Source: Roseibacillus sp.
GTDB taxonomy: Bacteria; Verrucomicrobiota; Verrucomicrobiia; Verrucomicrobiales; Akkermansiaceae
NCBI GenBank assembly: GCA_051251855.1
Contig: JBPOGI010000002.1
Span: 320,001-384,000 of the forward strand
Reading direction: 5' to 3'
Length of the DNA: 64,000 bases
Shown in pieces: positions 27,679 through 36,781 of this stretch. The notes under the pieces were generated by a model, which saw only the letters and a list, made by a program, of their open reading frames with translations, was not told the origin of the DNA and made no database searches. Numbering within the stretch: the first letter of the stretch is position 1; each line of letters opens with the position of its first letter. The translations under genes were made by a program, and so were the position numbers.

Positions 27679-28752
27679 TTAGACTGAGCCTTGAGTATCA
27701 GGCAATAAGGAATCTTGTTCATTCGTGACTTGTTCTGAGAGTGTGCGGTAATCGACTTTGCCTAAGGGAGTCAGCGGCCATTGTGGAATGAAGGTGGGAG
27801 AGAGGCAGCGGGAGAAGGCGGGCAGCGTCTGGTTCCAGTCGGAGATGATATCGGAGAGGCTGTTGTCGGGAGGGCCTTCGATGACGGGTATTAAGGAAAA
27901 GTTGCGGCGGAGATCGGGAAAGGGGAGAACGGTTGAGCGATGGTTTGGAAGTGTTGAGGCAAGGCTTTTTCGCAGTTGGGCAAGGTCGACGAGTTCTCCG
28001 AGGATTTTGATTTGGTCGTCGCTACGGCCTCGAATAGTGAGGGTGTGAGCAGAGACTTTGGCAAGATCTTGGGTCGTGAACGGGGGGAGTGTTTTTTTGA
28101 GCCCGTCTGCATTGAGGTAGCCTTGGAAGAGGCCGGGGCTGGTGATGGTGAGGAGGCCTTGCTCGTTTGTTTGGAGATCCCATCCGGGAAGGGAATTAAG
28201 GTCCTTTTTTCCGATTTCAGAGGCCGCGACGAGACCTGCGGTTTCGGTCATGCCGTAGCTAGCGACGAGAGGCCAGCCGAGAGCGACAGCTTTTTCGAAA
28301 AGAGAGTCTGCGAGGTTTTCGCCGCCAATGAGGGCGAGGCGGAGTGCTGGAGGCGCATTTTTGCGAAGCGAGACGAGGTCGAAGATTTGGGTGGGGACGA
28401 GAGAGGTGATGGTGGCCTGAGATTCGATGAGCCATTGATGGAAGGCTTGGGCATTCCATTTCTCTTGGAAACGGGCGAGGTCTCCTCCGGCAAGTTTGGC
28501 ACGGTGGGTAAGGCAGTAGCCGCCGACATGGAAGTGGGGGAGGGCGAGGCCCCAGATGTCTTTGGATGTGCAGTCGAAGTGCTTGTTGACCGTTTCGGCG
28601 CACCAATCGAGGCCTTCTTGGGAGTGGAGCACCCACTTGGGCTCGCTGGTGGTGCCGCTGGTAGCAAAGAGGGAGCCATCGAGTTGGGGATGGGCTTGCG
28701 CGAGCTCTTGGGCGATCTCCGTAAGATGAGGAGGGGTGAAAAAGCGCGCCAT
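27679..28752 (-). CDS. menE: O-succinylbenzoate--CoA ligase-like AMP-binding protein
   Basis: TSGTTSEPK, LPHFHVGG, SLVPTQ, SYGMTET, GRSDDQIK, GK; short MenE-type architecture. Confidence 0.72.
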   Translation of the reverse strand: MARFFTPPHLTEIAQELAQAHPQLDGSLFATSGTTSEPKWVLHSQEGLDWCAETVNKHFDCTSKDIWGLALPHFHVGGYCLTHRAKLAGGDLARFQEKWNAQAFHQWLIESQATITSLVPTQIFDLVSLRKNAPPALRLALIGGENLADSLFEKAVALGWPLVASYGMTETAGLVAASEIGKKDLNSLPGWDLQTNEQGLLTITSPGLFQGYLNADGLKKTLPPFTTQDLAKVSAHTLTIRGRSDDQIKILGELVDLAQLRKSLASTLPNHRSTVLPFPDLRRNFSLIPVIEGPPDNSLSDIISDWNQTLPAFSRCLSPTFIPQWPLTPLGKVDYRTLSEQVTNEQDSLLPDTQGSV

Positions 28753-28758
28753 GCCTTG

Positions 28759-28787
28759 AGTCTGGCTCTCTTCGAGTATTTTGGCAA
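28759..28787 (-). promoter_or_regulatory. Putative sigma-70 promoter, leaderless, for the menE-like gene
   Basis: TTGCCA-17 nt-CAGACT-6 nt-ATG. Confidence 0.5.
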
Positions 28788-28823
28788 GGGGGAGACGATG
28801 GGGAGAAAGGGCAAGGAAAGGCG

Positions 28824-28852
28824 TTGCGGGTTTTGGTCAAGATGTCCAAGCT
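28824..28852 (+). promoter_or_regulatory. Putative sigma-70 promoter, leaderless, for the E1 alpha gene
   Basis: TTGCGG-17 nt-CAAGCT-7 nt-ATG(28860). Confidence 0.5.
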
Positions 28853-28859
28853 GACGGGG

Positions 28860-29867
28860 ATGGCCCCTGGGGAAATGACGGAAGAGTTCAAAGAGTCGGC
28901 GTGCCGTGCGGCGCGGGCGATGATTACGGCTCGGATTCTGGAGGATAAGCTGCGCAGTCTCTATAAGGCAGGGCAGATTGTGGGGGGAGTTTATTTAGGG
29001 CGTGGGCAGGAGGCGCTGAGTGGGGTGTTGGGAACGCAGTTGCAGCAGGGTTCTGATGTCTTTGCGCCACTGATTCGGGATCAGGCGGGTCGGACGGGGT
29101 TTGGTGAGGAAATTTTAGATGTCACGCGAACTTATTTGGGTTCAGTGGAAGGGCCGATGAAGGGGCGGGATGGCAATATTCACCGAGGTCGACCCGAGAT
29201 GGGGATGCCGGCGATGATCAGTCATCTTGGTTCGGCGGTGTCGGTGGTGACCGGGATGCTTTTGGCTCGGCGATTACAGGGGAAGTTAGAAGGAGTGGTG
29301 GGCGCGACTTGTATTGGTGATGGCGGGACTTCGACAGGGGCTTTTCATGAGGGATTGAATTTGGCAGCGGTGGAGAAGCTCCCGTTGGTGGTCTTGGTGG
29401 CGAACAATCAGTATGCTTACTCGACGCCAAATACGCGGCAGTTTTGTGGCGACCTTTTTGCGCGAGCAGAAGGTTACGGCATCCAAGGTTGGAAGGCGCG
29501 GGGGAATAGTCTGTTAGATTGTTTAGTGCAGGTGGGAGGCGCAGTGGCGGCGGCTCGGAAAGGCGGAGGTCCTCAGATGGTGGTGGCTGATTTGTTGCGG
29601 TTGAGCGGTCACGGAGAGCATGATGATGGAGCCTACGTGGAGGACGCTTTGAAGGCTGGAGAGTTGGGGCGTGATTGCATGGAGGTGGCGAAGGAAGAAT
29701 TGTTAGAGGCTGGTCTGATTGATGAGGTGACTTGGAATGGATGGGAAGAGCAGGCTCGTGAGGAAGTGACGGCGGCGGTGGCGCAGACGCAACGCGAGTC
29801 GGCTCCGGATTCGCGAAAAGAGAATTGGCGTGCGATGAAGGATTTGGCTCCGGAGGGAACATTTTAA
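28860..29867 (+). CDS. 2-oxoacid dehydrogenase E1 alpha (TPP-dependent)
   Basis: GQEA, GDG...NN TPP motif, RLSGH; start uncertain (28842/28860/28875). Confidence 0.92.
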   Translation: MAPGEMTEEFKESACRAARAMITARILEDKLRSLYKAGQIVGGVYLGRGQEALSGVLGTQLQQGSDVFAPLIRDQAGRTGFGEEILDVTRTYLGSVEGPMKGRDGNIHRGRPEMGMPAMISHLGSAVSVVTGMLLARRLQGKLEGVVGATCIGDGGTSTGAFHEGLNLAAVEKLPLVVLVANNQYAYSTPNTRQFCGDLFARAEGYGIQGWKARGNSLLDCLVQVGGAVAAARKGGGPQMVVADLLRLSGHGEHDDGAYVEDALKAGELGRDCMEVAKEELLEAGLIDEVTWNGWEEQAREEVTAAVAQTQRESAPDSRKENWRAMKDLAPEGTF

Positions 29868-29876
29868 GAGGGAGAG

Positions 29877-30845
29877 ATGGGAGAAGTTACTTATATCGAT
29901 GCCATTCGGGATGCTCAGCGCGATTTGATGCGCGAGGATGATCGGGTGTTTATTTATGGTCAGGACGTGGGTTCTTTTGGAGGAGCCTTCAAGGCGACTC
30001 AGGGGTTGAAGGTGGAGTTTCCAGAAAGGGTATTAGATACGCCGATTAGTGAGGATGCCATGGTGGGGGCGGCGATTGGGGCGGCGATTGAAGGGATGCG
30101 ACCGATTGTGGAGATGCAGTTCGCGGACTTTTCCTCGATTGCTTTCAATCAAGTGGTCAATCATGCCGCGACTTATTTTTGGCGGACGGGGACTTCGATC
30201 CCGATCACGCTGCGCTTGCCTTCGGGTGGGACTCCGGGTTCGGGGCCTTTTCACAGTCAAATGATGGAGGCGCTCTACTCGCACTATCCGGGTATGATGG
30301 TGGTGGCTCCGGCGACGGTGGGGGATGCCTACCACATGCTCAAGCAGTCGGTGGCGTTCGACGATCCGGTCATCTATTGCGAGCACAAGTTTCTGTATCG
30401 CTGGCTCAAGGCTGATAGCTATGAGTCGGATGGCCTGCCCTTAAATCAAGCGCGTATCACTCGAGCGGGCAAGCATGCCACGGTGGTAACTTATGCGGCT
30501 ATGGTTCATGAAGCGGTGAAGGCTGCTGAGGAGTTAGCCAAGGATGGCTGGGAGATCGAGGTAGTGGACCTTCGTTGTGTGAAACCCATCGATACCGATA
30601 CCATCATGGCGAGTGTGGCTCGGACGGGACGACTTTTAGCGTTGGGAGAGGCATTTCCTTGGGGAGGCGTGACTGCGGAAGTGGTTTCGCGAGTGGTGGC
30701 GGAAGGTTTTCATTTGTTAGATGCTCCACCGGCCCGTCTTAATGCGAAGGATACTCCGATTCCTTATCATCCCAATCTCTGGCGTGCTCATCGGCCGACT
30801 CCGGAAACGATTATCGACGCTTTACGTAAACTCTTAAACTTCTAA
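29877..30845 (+). CDS. 2-oxoacid dehydrogenase E1 beta
   Basis: GQDVG.FGGAF, DTPISE, EMQFADF, FHSQ, EHK.LY. Confidence 0.95.
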   Translation: MGEVTYIDAIRDAQRDLMREDDRVFIYGQDVGSFGGAFKATQGLKVEFPERVLDTPISEDAMVGAAIGAAIEGMRPIVEMQFADFSSIAFNQVVNHAATYFWRTGTSIPITLRLPSGGTPGSGPFHSQMMEALYSHYPGMMVVAPATVGDAYHMLKQSVAFDDPVIYCEHKFLYRWLKADSYESDGLPLNQARITRAGKHATVVTYAAMVHEAVKAAEELAKDGWEIEVVDLRCVKPIDTDTIMASVARTGRLLALGEAFPWGGVTAEVVSRVVAEGFHLLDAPPARLNAKDTPIPYHPNLWRAHRPTPETIIDALRKLLNF

Positions 30846-30851
30846 ATAACG

Positions 30852-32087
30852 ATGCCTCTAGTAGCTGTTACCATGCCCCAACTGGGCGAGTCTATTGCCG
30901 AAGCCACTGTCATTCGGCTCGATGTTGAGCTCGGGAGTGAGGTCGTTGCGGACCAAGAAGTGATCGAAGTGGAGACCAACAAGGCGACGATGGGAGTGAC
31001 GACTCTTTGTGGCGGAGTGGTGAAGGAGCTTTTTGCGGAAGAGGGCGAGACCTATGCAGTGGGGACGATACTTGGGCTCTTGGAGGTGACTGAAGAAGAG
31101 GTCGAGCGCACGGGTGTGACGGTGCATGGAGGCGACGAGGCGGAAGTGGAACCGCTAGCCGAGGAGGTGAATCGGCCGCATGACTACCGTCCTGGTGAGG
31201 AGGAAGACAGTTATACTCCTCCGAAGGTGGAAGTGGAGCCGAGTGTGCAGGGCTACAAGGTGCCTGCGGGAGGTTTGCAAGGAGCGCATTATATTTCGCC
31301 AAGAATGCGGGCGCGCATGAATGAGCTGGGTTTACAGGGGGCGGATGTTTCCGCGATTGCGGGTAGTGGTGCGGGTGGACGCGTGACGGTGGAGGATCTG
31401 GAGAGCTTTTTGTCCTACATCGAAGGATGGCCGAATACGAAGTCGTCTCCGATGAGGCAGGCGGTGGCGGATGCGATGCGTCGGAGTTGGACGAGACCTC
31501 TGGCGACAGTGGGGATGGCAGCGCCTCTAGAAAAGTTGTTGGCCTACCGCAAGACACTGAACCCAAAGCCGGGATTGACTTTGTTTTTACTTCGAGCGTT
31601 CGGAATTGCGCTCAAGGAGCATCCTGCTACGGCGGGCTTCTTGGTCGGACAAAAGATTGTGCACCCTAAGGCCTACGATATCGGAGTGGCGGTGCAGGTG
31701 GATGGTGGAGTGGTCGTGCCTGTGCTCCGCAATGTGGACGAGAAGAGTGTTGTTGCGCTTTCGGCCGACTACGAGCATGTCGTGACCCAGTCGCGTGACA
31801 AGAAAGTGCCGGAGAGTGCGGTGGGCGGTGGAATCGCTACCGTGACGAATTTCGGAACCTTCGGTTTGAAGTGGGCGACGCCGGTGCCCTTGCCGAGTGA
31901 GACTCTGATTCTTGGAATGGGTTCCGGTGAAAAGCGACCCAAGTGGGACGAAGCTGCTGGGCGGTTTGTTCCGGTGTTAGAGGCTGAGCTGACTCTGACT
32001 TTTGACCACCGAGTAGTCGATGGCGGGGGAGCAGGAGTGCTTCTCTCACGCGTGGTGGAGTTGCTGCAGAGCCCAGAGGAACTTTAG
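30852..32087 (+). CDS. 2-oxoacid dehydrogenase E2 dihydrolipoamide acyltransferase
   Basis: MPQLGES lipoyl domain with VETNKA, GSGAGGRVT subunit-binding domain, FDHRVVDG. Confidence 0.95.
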   Translation: MPLVAVTMPQLGESIAEATVIRLDVELGSEVVADQEVIEVETNKATMGVTTLCGGVVKELFAEEGETYAVGTILGLLEVTEEEVERTGVTVHGGDEAEVEPLAEEVNRPHDYRPGEEEDSYTPPKVEVEPSVQGYKVPAGGLQGAHYISPRMRARMNELGLQGADVSAIAGSGAGGRVTVEDLESFLSYIEGWPNTKSSPMRQAVADAMRRSWTRPLATVGMAAPLEKLLAYRKTLNPKPGLTLFLLRAFGIALKEHPATAGFLVGQKIVHPKAYDIGVAVQVDGGVVVPVLRNVDEKSVVALSADYEHVVTQSRDKKVPESAVGGGIATVTNFGTFGLKWATPVPLPSETLILGMGSGEKRPKWDEAAGRFVPVLEAELTLTFDHRVVDGGGAGVLLSRVVELLQSPEEL

Positions 32088-32094
32088 GGGAATT

Positions 32095-32179
32095 GAGAGG
32101 CGGCTTTTATGGCCGCCTTATCTGCTTTGCTCGACTGATTTGCTCGACCGTTGGTGGGCGGCAGTAAAGGTCGCCCCTC
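32095..32179. repeat. Inverted REP-like doublet
   Basis: GAGAGGCGGCTTTTATGGCCGCC resembles the reverse complement of GGGCGGCAGTAAAGGTCGCCCCTC; each arm is itself a hairpin. Confidence 0.55.
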
Positions 32180-32186
32180 CGGTATA

Positions 32187-32241
32187 AAAAGAAACCGCTC
32201 GCTTGGCTCCCGAGTCAGTCGGGCCAAGCGAACGGTTCTTT
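32187..32241. terminator. Long hairpin, probable bidirectional terminator
   Basis: AAAAGAAACCG-c-TCGCTTGGC...GCCAAGCGA-a-CGGTTCTTT between convergent genes. Confidence 0.7.
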
Positions 32242-32262
32242 CATGGGTTTGCCGAGGGATTC

Positions 32263-33456
32263 TTAGAAGTTCTTTTTCGCAAGCCACTGATGCACGGCGT
32301 CTTTGCCGCCGAGACCGAAGGCGATGCCTCCGCCGAGACCAAGGGCCAAGGCAAGTCCAGTGAGGGCTGCTTGATACGGTGCGCCGGTTACGTCAGGAGC
32401 GATTCCAGAACGGTTGAGGGCGGCGATGCTGGAAACAACGATGATGGCAATCTTGGCTACCTTCGCAAGAAGAGGGCTGCGACCGCTGAGAGCATTGTAG
32501 GCATAACGAGCAGCAAGGAGACCTACTCCAATGATGAGGAGGGCGAGAAGGACATTGAAGTATCCCGGGACAATCTTACCAGCAATGCCGGCGAGCATTT
32601 CGATTTTGAGGGACTCAAGCGCGGCGGCGCCCATGATGACGACGATGCTGACGAAGGTGAGCATTCCGGCCATCGCCGAGACTGAGCGCGAGCCTTCAGT
32701 GGGAATATTGAGGCCAATACGCTCAGGGTAGGAGTCTGCACCAATGCCTGAGAGAAGATTGGTGATGAGGTCGCGCACTAGGGAAGCGACGAAGATACCA
32801 ATTCCTAGGACGACCACGGCAACGAGGATGTTGGGGATGGCGGCGAAGACGCTGTCGACGATGCTCTGGACTGGTGCCGAGATGGCTTCAATCTTGAGGA
32901 TGTTGAGAGCGGCGGTGATTCCCATCAAAAGGATGAGGGCGAAAGCTGCCGTGGAAAGGCCTTTGGCAACAGGGGCGTTACCGCTGGCAAAGCCGAGGCG
33001 CTCGTCGATTCTAGCCGCTTCCAAGACATTGCTGAGAATGGTCTTGATGACATTGGCGAGGAAGAAGAAGAGGTAACCCACGATTCCTGCTCCAACGAGG
33101 TTGGGAATGTAGCCCATGAACTTTCCGAAGAGGTCATTAAGGGGCTGGGTGACTTGGCTCAGTCCTGCAAAGTCGAGCGCGAAGATGATCACGAATAGTA
33201 GAAGAACGTAGCGCACGAGGAGTCCAATCAGGCCAGAGACGGAAGTCCCGCCATCGCCCACATATTTGGAGAGCTTGGTATCGAGTCCTGAGGTGACTTT
33301 GGTGACGGTTTTCCCTAGAGTTTTGGCGACGATGTTTCCGATGATGAAAATCACCAAGGCTCCGACATATTTGCCGAGGGGGCCGATGGCGTCGAACCAG
33401 GATTTAATAGTGCCAGCAATGTCCGGTGCGCCGGCTGCGAGGTAGGTTGTAATCAT
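32263..33456 (-). CDS. TM_helix-repeat membrane protein (CmpX / mechanosensitive channel TM-like)
   Basis: Repeated YIPNLVGA / AIPNILVA units; C-terminal GIAFGLGGKD. Confidence 0.85.
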   Translation of the reverse strand: MITTYLAAGAPDIAGTIKSWFDAIGPLGKYVGALVIFIIGNIVAKTLGKTVTKVTSGLDTKLSKYVGDGGTSVSGLIGLLVRYVLLLFVIIFALDFAGLSQVTQPLNDLFGKFMGYIPNLVGAGIVGYLFFFLANVIKTILSNVLEAARIDERLGFASGNAPVAKGLSTAAFALILLMGITAALNILKIEAISAPVQSIVDSVFAAIPNILVAVVVLGIGIFVASLVRDLITNLLSGIGADSYPERIGLNIPTEGSRSVSAMAGMLTFVSIVVIMGAAALESLKIEMLAGIAGKIVPGYFNVLLALLIIGVGLLAARYAYNALSGRSPLLAKVAKIAIIVVSSIAALNRSGIAPDVTGAPYQAALTGLALALGLGGGIAFGLGGKDAVHQWLAKKNF

Positions 33457-33516
33457 TTTTATATATTGGGGGTTGTTCTTCCGTGCCCGAAAGAGGCGAT
33501 CGGAGGAGAGGGGTTG

Positions 33517-34749
33517 TTATTGCTTTGGAGGGGTCGCTGGGATTTGCCAGATTTCGACAACTCTATTTTCGGCAGCTGGTCCAAAGCGGGCGGTTTGACC
33601 AATGTAAATGGCTTGCACGCGGCTATTACCGACTTTTTTCCCAAGTTGTTCTGCCACGAACTTGGCTCTTTTGGATGAGAGGCGACGATTGCCACTGGCG
33701 CTTCCTGAGCGGTCCGCAAAGCCGACGATGAGGAATTGACTATCGGTTTTGGAAGCCTTCGCGAGTTCCTCAATTTTAGCTACTTCGGTGGCATTTGCTT
33801 GGGAGCTGCCACTGACAAAACGCACGCGGCCAGAACTCTTGGTTCCGAGTTTTGTCTCGAGTTCCTGATAGCGAGTTGCGAGTGCGTCACCTGATAGAGC
33901 ATCCATATCGCGAATGGCATTGACGAGAACACGGCGGCTTTGATCGAGGTCGTCGTCGGACTGAGCGAAAGCGGGTGCCTGAGGGGGCTGACCTTCTTGA
34001 GGGGAAGGGGTTGGTGAGGGCTGTGCTTCTTGAGGAGTTTCGGAAGTATTGGGTCCTGACAGTGCGGCCAGTTTTTCTGCCAGAAGTCTGTTTTCCTTTT
34101 GAAGAGCGAGAAGCTTTTGTTGTTGCTGATCGCGTGCGAACTTGAGGGTGGCGGCATATTCGTTCTTTGTTTCGGCAAATTTTGAAATTCTCTCTCTTCG
34201 TTCTTTCTTGAGGGCATTGGTTTCTGCGGCAAGCTCTTCGATTTGTTGGAGGAAGTCTTCGTTCTGTTTTTGTGCGTTTTCTTGTTTTTGCGCGGCTATG
34301 AGAGCTTCTTGCTGAGAGTCACGAGGCGAGGGAGTGGACTCAGTGCTCTGGGGAGTAGCAGGGCCTGCTGCGGAGCTCGCGAGGGAGTTGAGAACTTCTG
34401 CCTCGGTAAGTCTACTCGATGACCATTCGAGGGGGCGTGTGCGAGACACTTGGCCAGAATTTGGGGGAGGAGAGCTGGCGTAGTCTGTGTTTTGGGCTAC
34501 GACTTGAGAGGAAGCTTTGGTGACAGGTTGTTGCCTTAAGGGGTCTTCTGTAGTGCTATTTTCTGTCGGGGCAGTTTTGGTATTTGAATGGTCCTCTACT
34601 TGAGAGGAAGAACGCATTGAAGAAAGAGAAAACGCGGTTGCGCCAGGCTTGCATGAGAGGGGGGCAAAGAGGAGGAAGAGAATGCCAATGAGGCATGCGA
34701 GTGCGACGACGATCCTTTCTTCGGAGCTGATGGTTATGGGGGAGGACAT
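33517..34749 (-). CDS. OmpA-like C-terminal domain protein with coiled coil
   Basis: N-terminal TM, low-complexity and coiled-coil middle, VGFADRSGS...N..LS.KRA...NRVVEI; start taken at MSSPI. Confidence 0.85.
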   Translation of the reverse strand: MSSPITISSEERIVVALACLIGILFLLFAPLSCKPGATAFSLSSMRSSSQVEDHSNTKTAPTENSTTEDPLRQQPVTKASSQVVAQNTDYASSPPPNSGQVSRTRPLEWSSSRLTEAEVLNSLASSAAGPATPQSTESTPSPRDSQQEALIAAQKQENAQKQNEDFLQQIEELAAETNALKKERRERISKFAETKNEYAATLKFARDQQQQKLLALQKENRLLAEKLAALSGPNTSETPQEAQPSPTPSPQEGQPPQAPAFAQSDDDLDQSRRVLVNAIRDMDALSGDALATRYQELETKLGTKSSGRVRFVSGSSQANATEVAKIEELAKASKTDSQFLIVGFADRSGSASGNRRLSSKRAKFVAEQLGKKVGNSRVQAIYIGQTARFGPAAENRVVEIWQIPATPPKQ

Positions 34750-34969
34750 GGCGAGGGAGGGGGTGACAAAGGTGAGCGCTCTATGTAAGTCGCCGAAAAT
34801 GACCCTTTGTTGTCCTATTAGATGAGCGAAGCCTTCAAATGGCCACATGCATGGCACAGTTGGATAGTCAGATGAGATTAAGCTCTTCCTCCTATGTCCC
34901 AAAAATACCTCCCGAAGCGAAGGTCGCTAGAGGAAGACGATTATTTTGAAAGCGCTCAGGTAAAGGGAA

Positions 34970-36658
34970 TTAGCGTTGAAAGCGCGGGTCGCTGAGAGTC
35001 TTTAGAAAGGCGACGAGGGCCGCTTGTTCTTCTTTATCAAGATCGAGTCCATTTCCTGGGTGCTTGGCGATGTTCGGGTCGAGGGTGGGGGAACGGTGAA
35101 TTTGCGAAGAATAGAATTGGACGACTTCCTCGAGGGTGTCGAAGCGACCGTCGTGCATGTAGGGAGAAGTGATGGCGATGTTGCGAAGGGAGGGGGTAGA
35201 AAACTTGAATCGGTCGTTCCTTTTTCCAGTGGTATGTTCTCGGCCGAGGTCTTCGTTGGCCGGTGGGAGGCCGTTGTTGTGAAAGCGGTGGTTGGTGAAG
35301 AAGGCGCCTGAGTGACAGTGAAAGCAGTCCGCACCGCGCAGGCCGAGGCGGGGATCATTCTCGGTCATGAAGAGCTCAAAGCCACGCTTTTCCTGCTCAG
35401 TGAGTTCGGCCTTGCCTTTGGCGGCGCGGTCGAATTTGGAGTCGAAAGACGTAAGGGAGAGGAGAAACTGTTCGATGGCGATGGCAAGACGCTCGGAAGT
35501 GATCTCGCGGTCTCCAAAGGCGCTTTCGAAGAGGCGGGGGTAGTAGGAAATCTTTTCTAGCTTCTGGATCACGTTGGGAAGCTCTTCGCCCATTTCAAGA
35601 GGGTCTTCGATGGGTTTGAGGATTTGGTCGCGCAGAGAGGGGCTGCGTCCATCCCAGAAGAAGGGGGTGGTCTTCCAAGCGAGGTTGAGCAAGGGCATGG
35701 AATGTCGCTTCGTTTTTTCTCCAAGGAAGCCGAAGGACTTGGCGGTGTTGTCTACGAATGCGTTTTGAGAAGGATGGCAGGAGGCGCAGGAGGTGGCGGT
35801 GTTTTTAGAGAGGGCGGTTTCGAAGAAGAGTTCGCGACCGAGGCGGACACGTTCTTTGGTGAGGGGGTAGTCGGTAGGCAGTTTGGGGTGAGGAAAGTTG
35901 CGCGGCATGGTGAAGGGGTAGGGAGTGCCTACTTGGTCGGCTGTTGCGACTTGGGTGTTGGGTGCTTTTTTTTCGGTGGCTATGGGGGTGAGGGTGAAGG
36001 CCTGCTGGAGGGTCTTCTTGAAGTGAGGAACGAGTGGGTCTTCGGGACGGGAGTGGGTTGAGGTGCGGTCAGCGATTCGAAACGGCGCAGGGAACAATCG
36101 TTCGAGATGAAGAGTGAGCTGATAGAACCCGTTGGGGTCGAAGGGGCCTTCGAAGTTGAGGGCGAGTCGGTTCTCGTTGTTTCCGTAATGATAGGCAAAG
36201 GCGAGTTCGTCATTGGGGAGTTGGCCTTCGATGGCGAAGAAGATGTAGCCGCTTTGCGGTGACCAGTGGAGATTGTTGTGGAGTGGGTTGAGGGCGTGAC
36301 CTGATGGATATTGGTTGGAGTCGGCGTTGTTGATTTCGGGTGAGGGCCCAAGATGAAGGGTGAATTCTTTGATGCTGTCCTCTGCGAGATGAGGAAGGCG
36401 CATGACTTCGGGCTTTTTGCCATGAATATAGGCGTGCCATTGGGAAGCGGTGATGCTGCGGCCGGACTGGAGCGTGAGATGGGGTTGGTTGAGCAGCAAG
36501 TCGAGTCGGGTGATGTCAATCTTCTCTCCGCTGGGGGTGATGAGTCCGGAGGTGGGGATCGATAGGGGCTTGTCGTGCCAGCGAAAGTCGACTTGTAAAT
36601 TGAGAGCCGAGAGAGCAGAGCTCAGTAAGAAATATGCGGCTAGGATGCGGAAAATCAC
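34970..36658 (-). CDS. MbnP-like domain fused to MbnH/MauG-like di-heme cytochrome c peroxidase
   Basis: N-terminal HAL...NNLHWSPQSGYIFFAIEG...YHYG; C-terminal LGRELFFE, CASCH, FFWDGR, CFHCH, TPSLRNI, PYMHDG; GTG start gives a signal peptide. Confidence 0.88.
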   Translation of the reverse strand: MIFRILAAYFLLSSALSALNLQVDFRWHDKPLSIPTSGLITPSGEKIDITRLDLLLNQPHLTLQSGRSITASQWHAYIHGKKPEVMRLPHLAEDSIKEFTLHLGPSPEINNADSNQYPSGHALNPLHNNLHWSPQSGYIFFAIEGQLPNDELAFAYHYGNNENRLALNFEGPFDPNGFYQLTLHLERLFPAPFRIADRTSTHSRPEDPLVPHFKKTLQQAFTLTPIATEKKAPNTQVATADQVGTPYPFTMPRNFPHPKLPTDYPLTKERVRLGRELFFETALSKNTATSCASCHPSQNAFVDNTAKSFGFLGEKTKRHSMPLLNLAWKTTPFFWDGRSPSLRDQILKPIEDPLEMGEELPNVIQKLEKISYYPRLFESAFGDREITSERLAIAIEQFLLSLTSFDSKFDRAAKGKAELTEQEKRGFELFMTENDPRLGLRGADCFHCHSGAFFTNHRFHNNGLPPANEDLGREHTTGKRNDRFKFSTPSLRNIAITSPYMHDGRFDTLEEVVQFYSSQIHRSPTLDPNIAKHPGNGLDLDKEEQAALVAFLKTLSDPRFQR

Positions 36659-36721
36659 GGCCCGCTTTTTGTAGCAGGTGAGTTTGCTACGGCCAAGAGG
36701 GAATGGGCTGATGGAATCTAT

Positions 36722-36758
36722 AAAAAAAAGCGGGGACGACCGTTTGGCCATCCCCGCT
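36722..36758 (-). terminator. Intrinsic terminator after the large surface protein gene
   Basis: AGCGGGGA...TCCCCGCT followed by T run on the minus strand. Confidence 0.85.
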
Positions 36759-36781
36759 AAAGTATTTTGAGATCAGAATGG

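Noticed and set aside
36659..36751. ORF-track N-terminal extension of the MbnPH fusion
   Set aside because: It runs through the upstream terminator; GTG 36658 gives a proper signal peptide.
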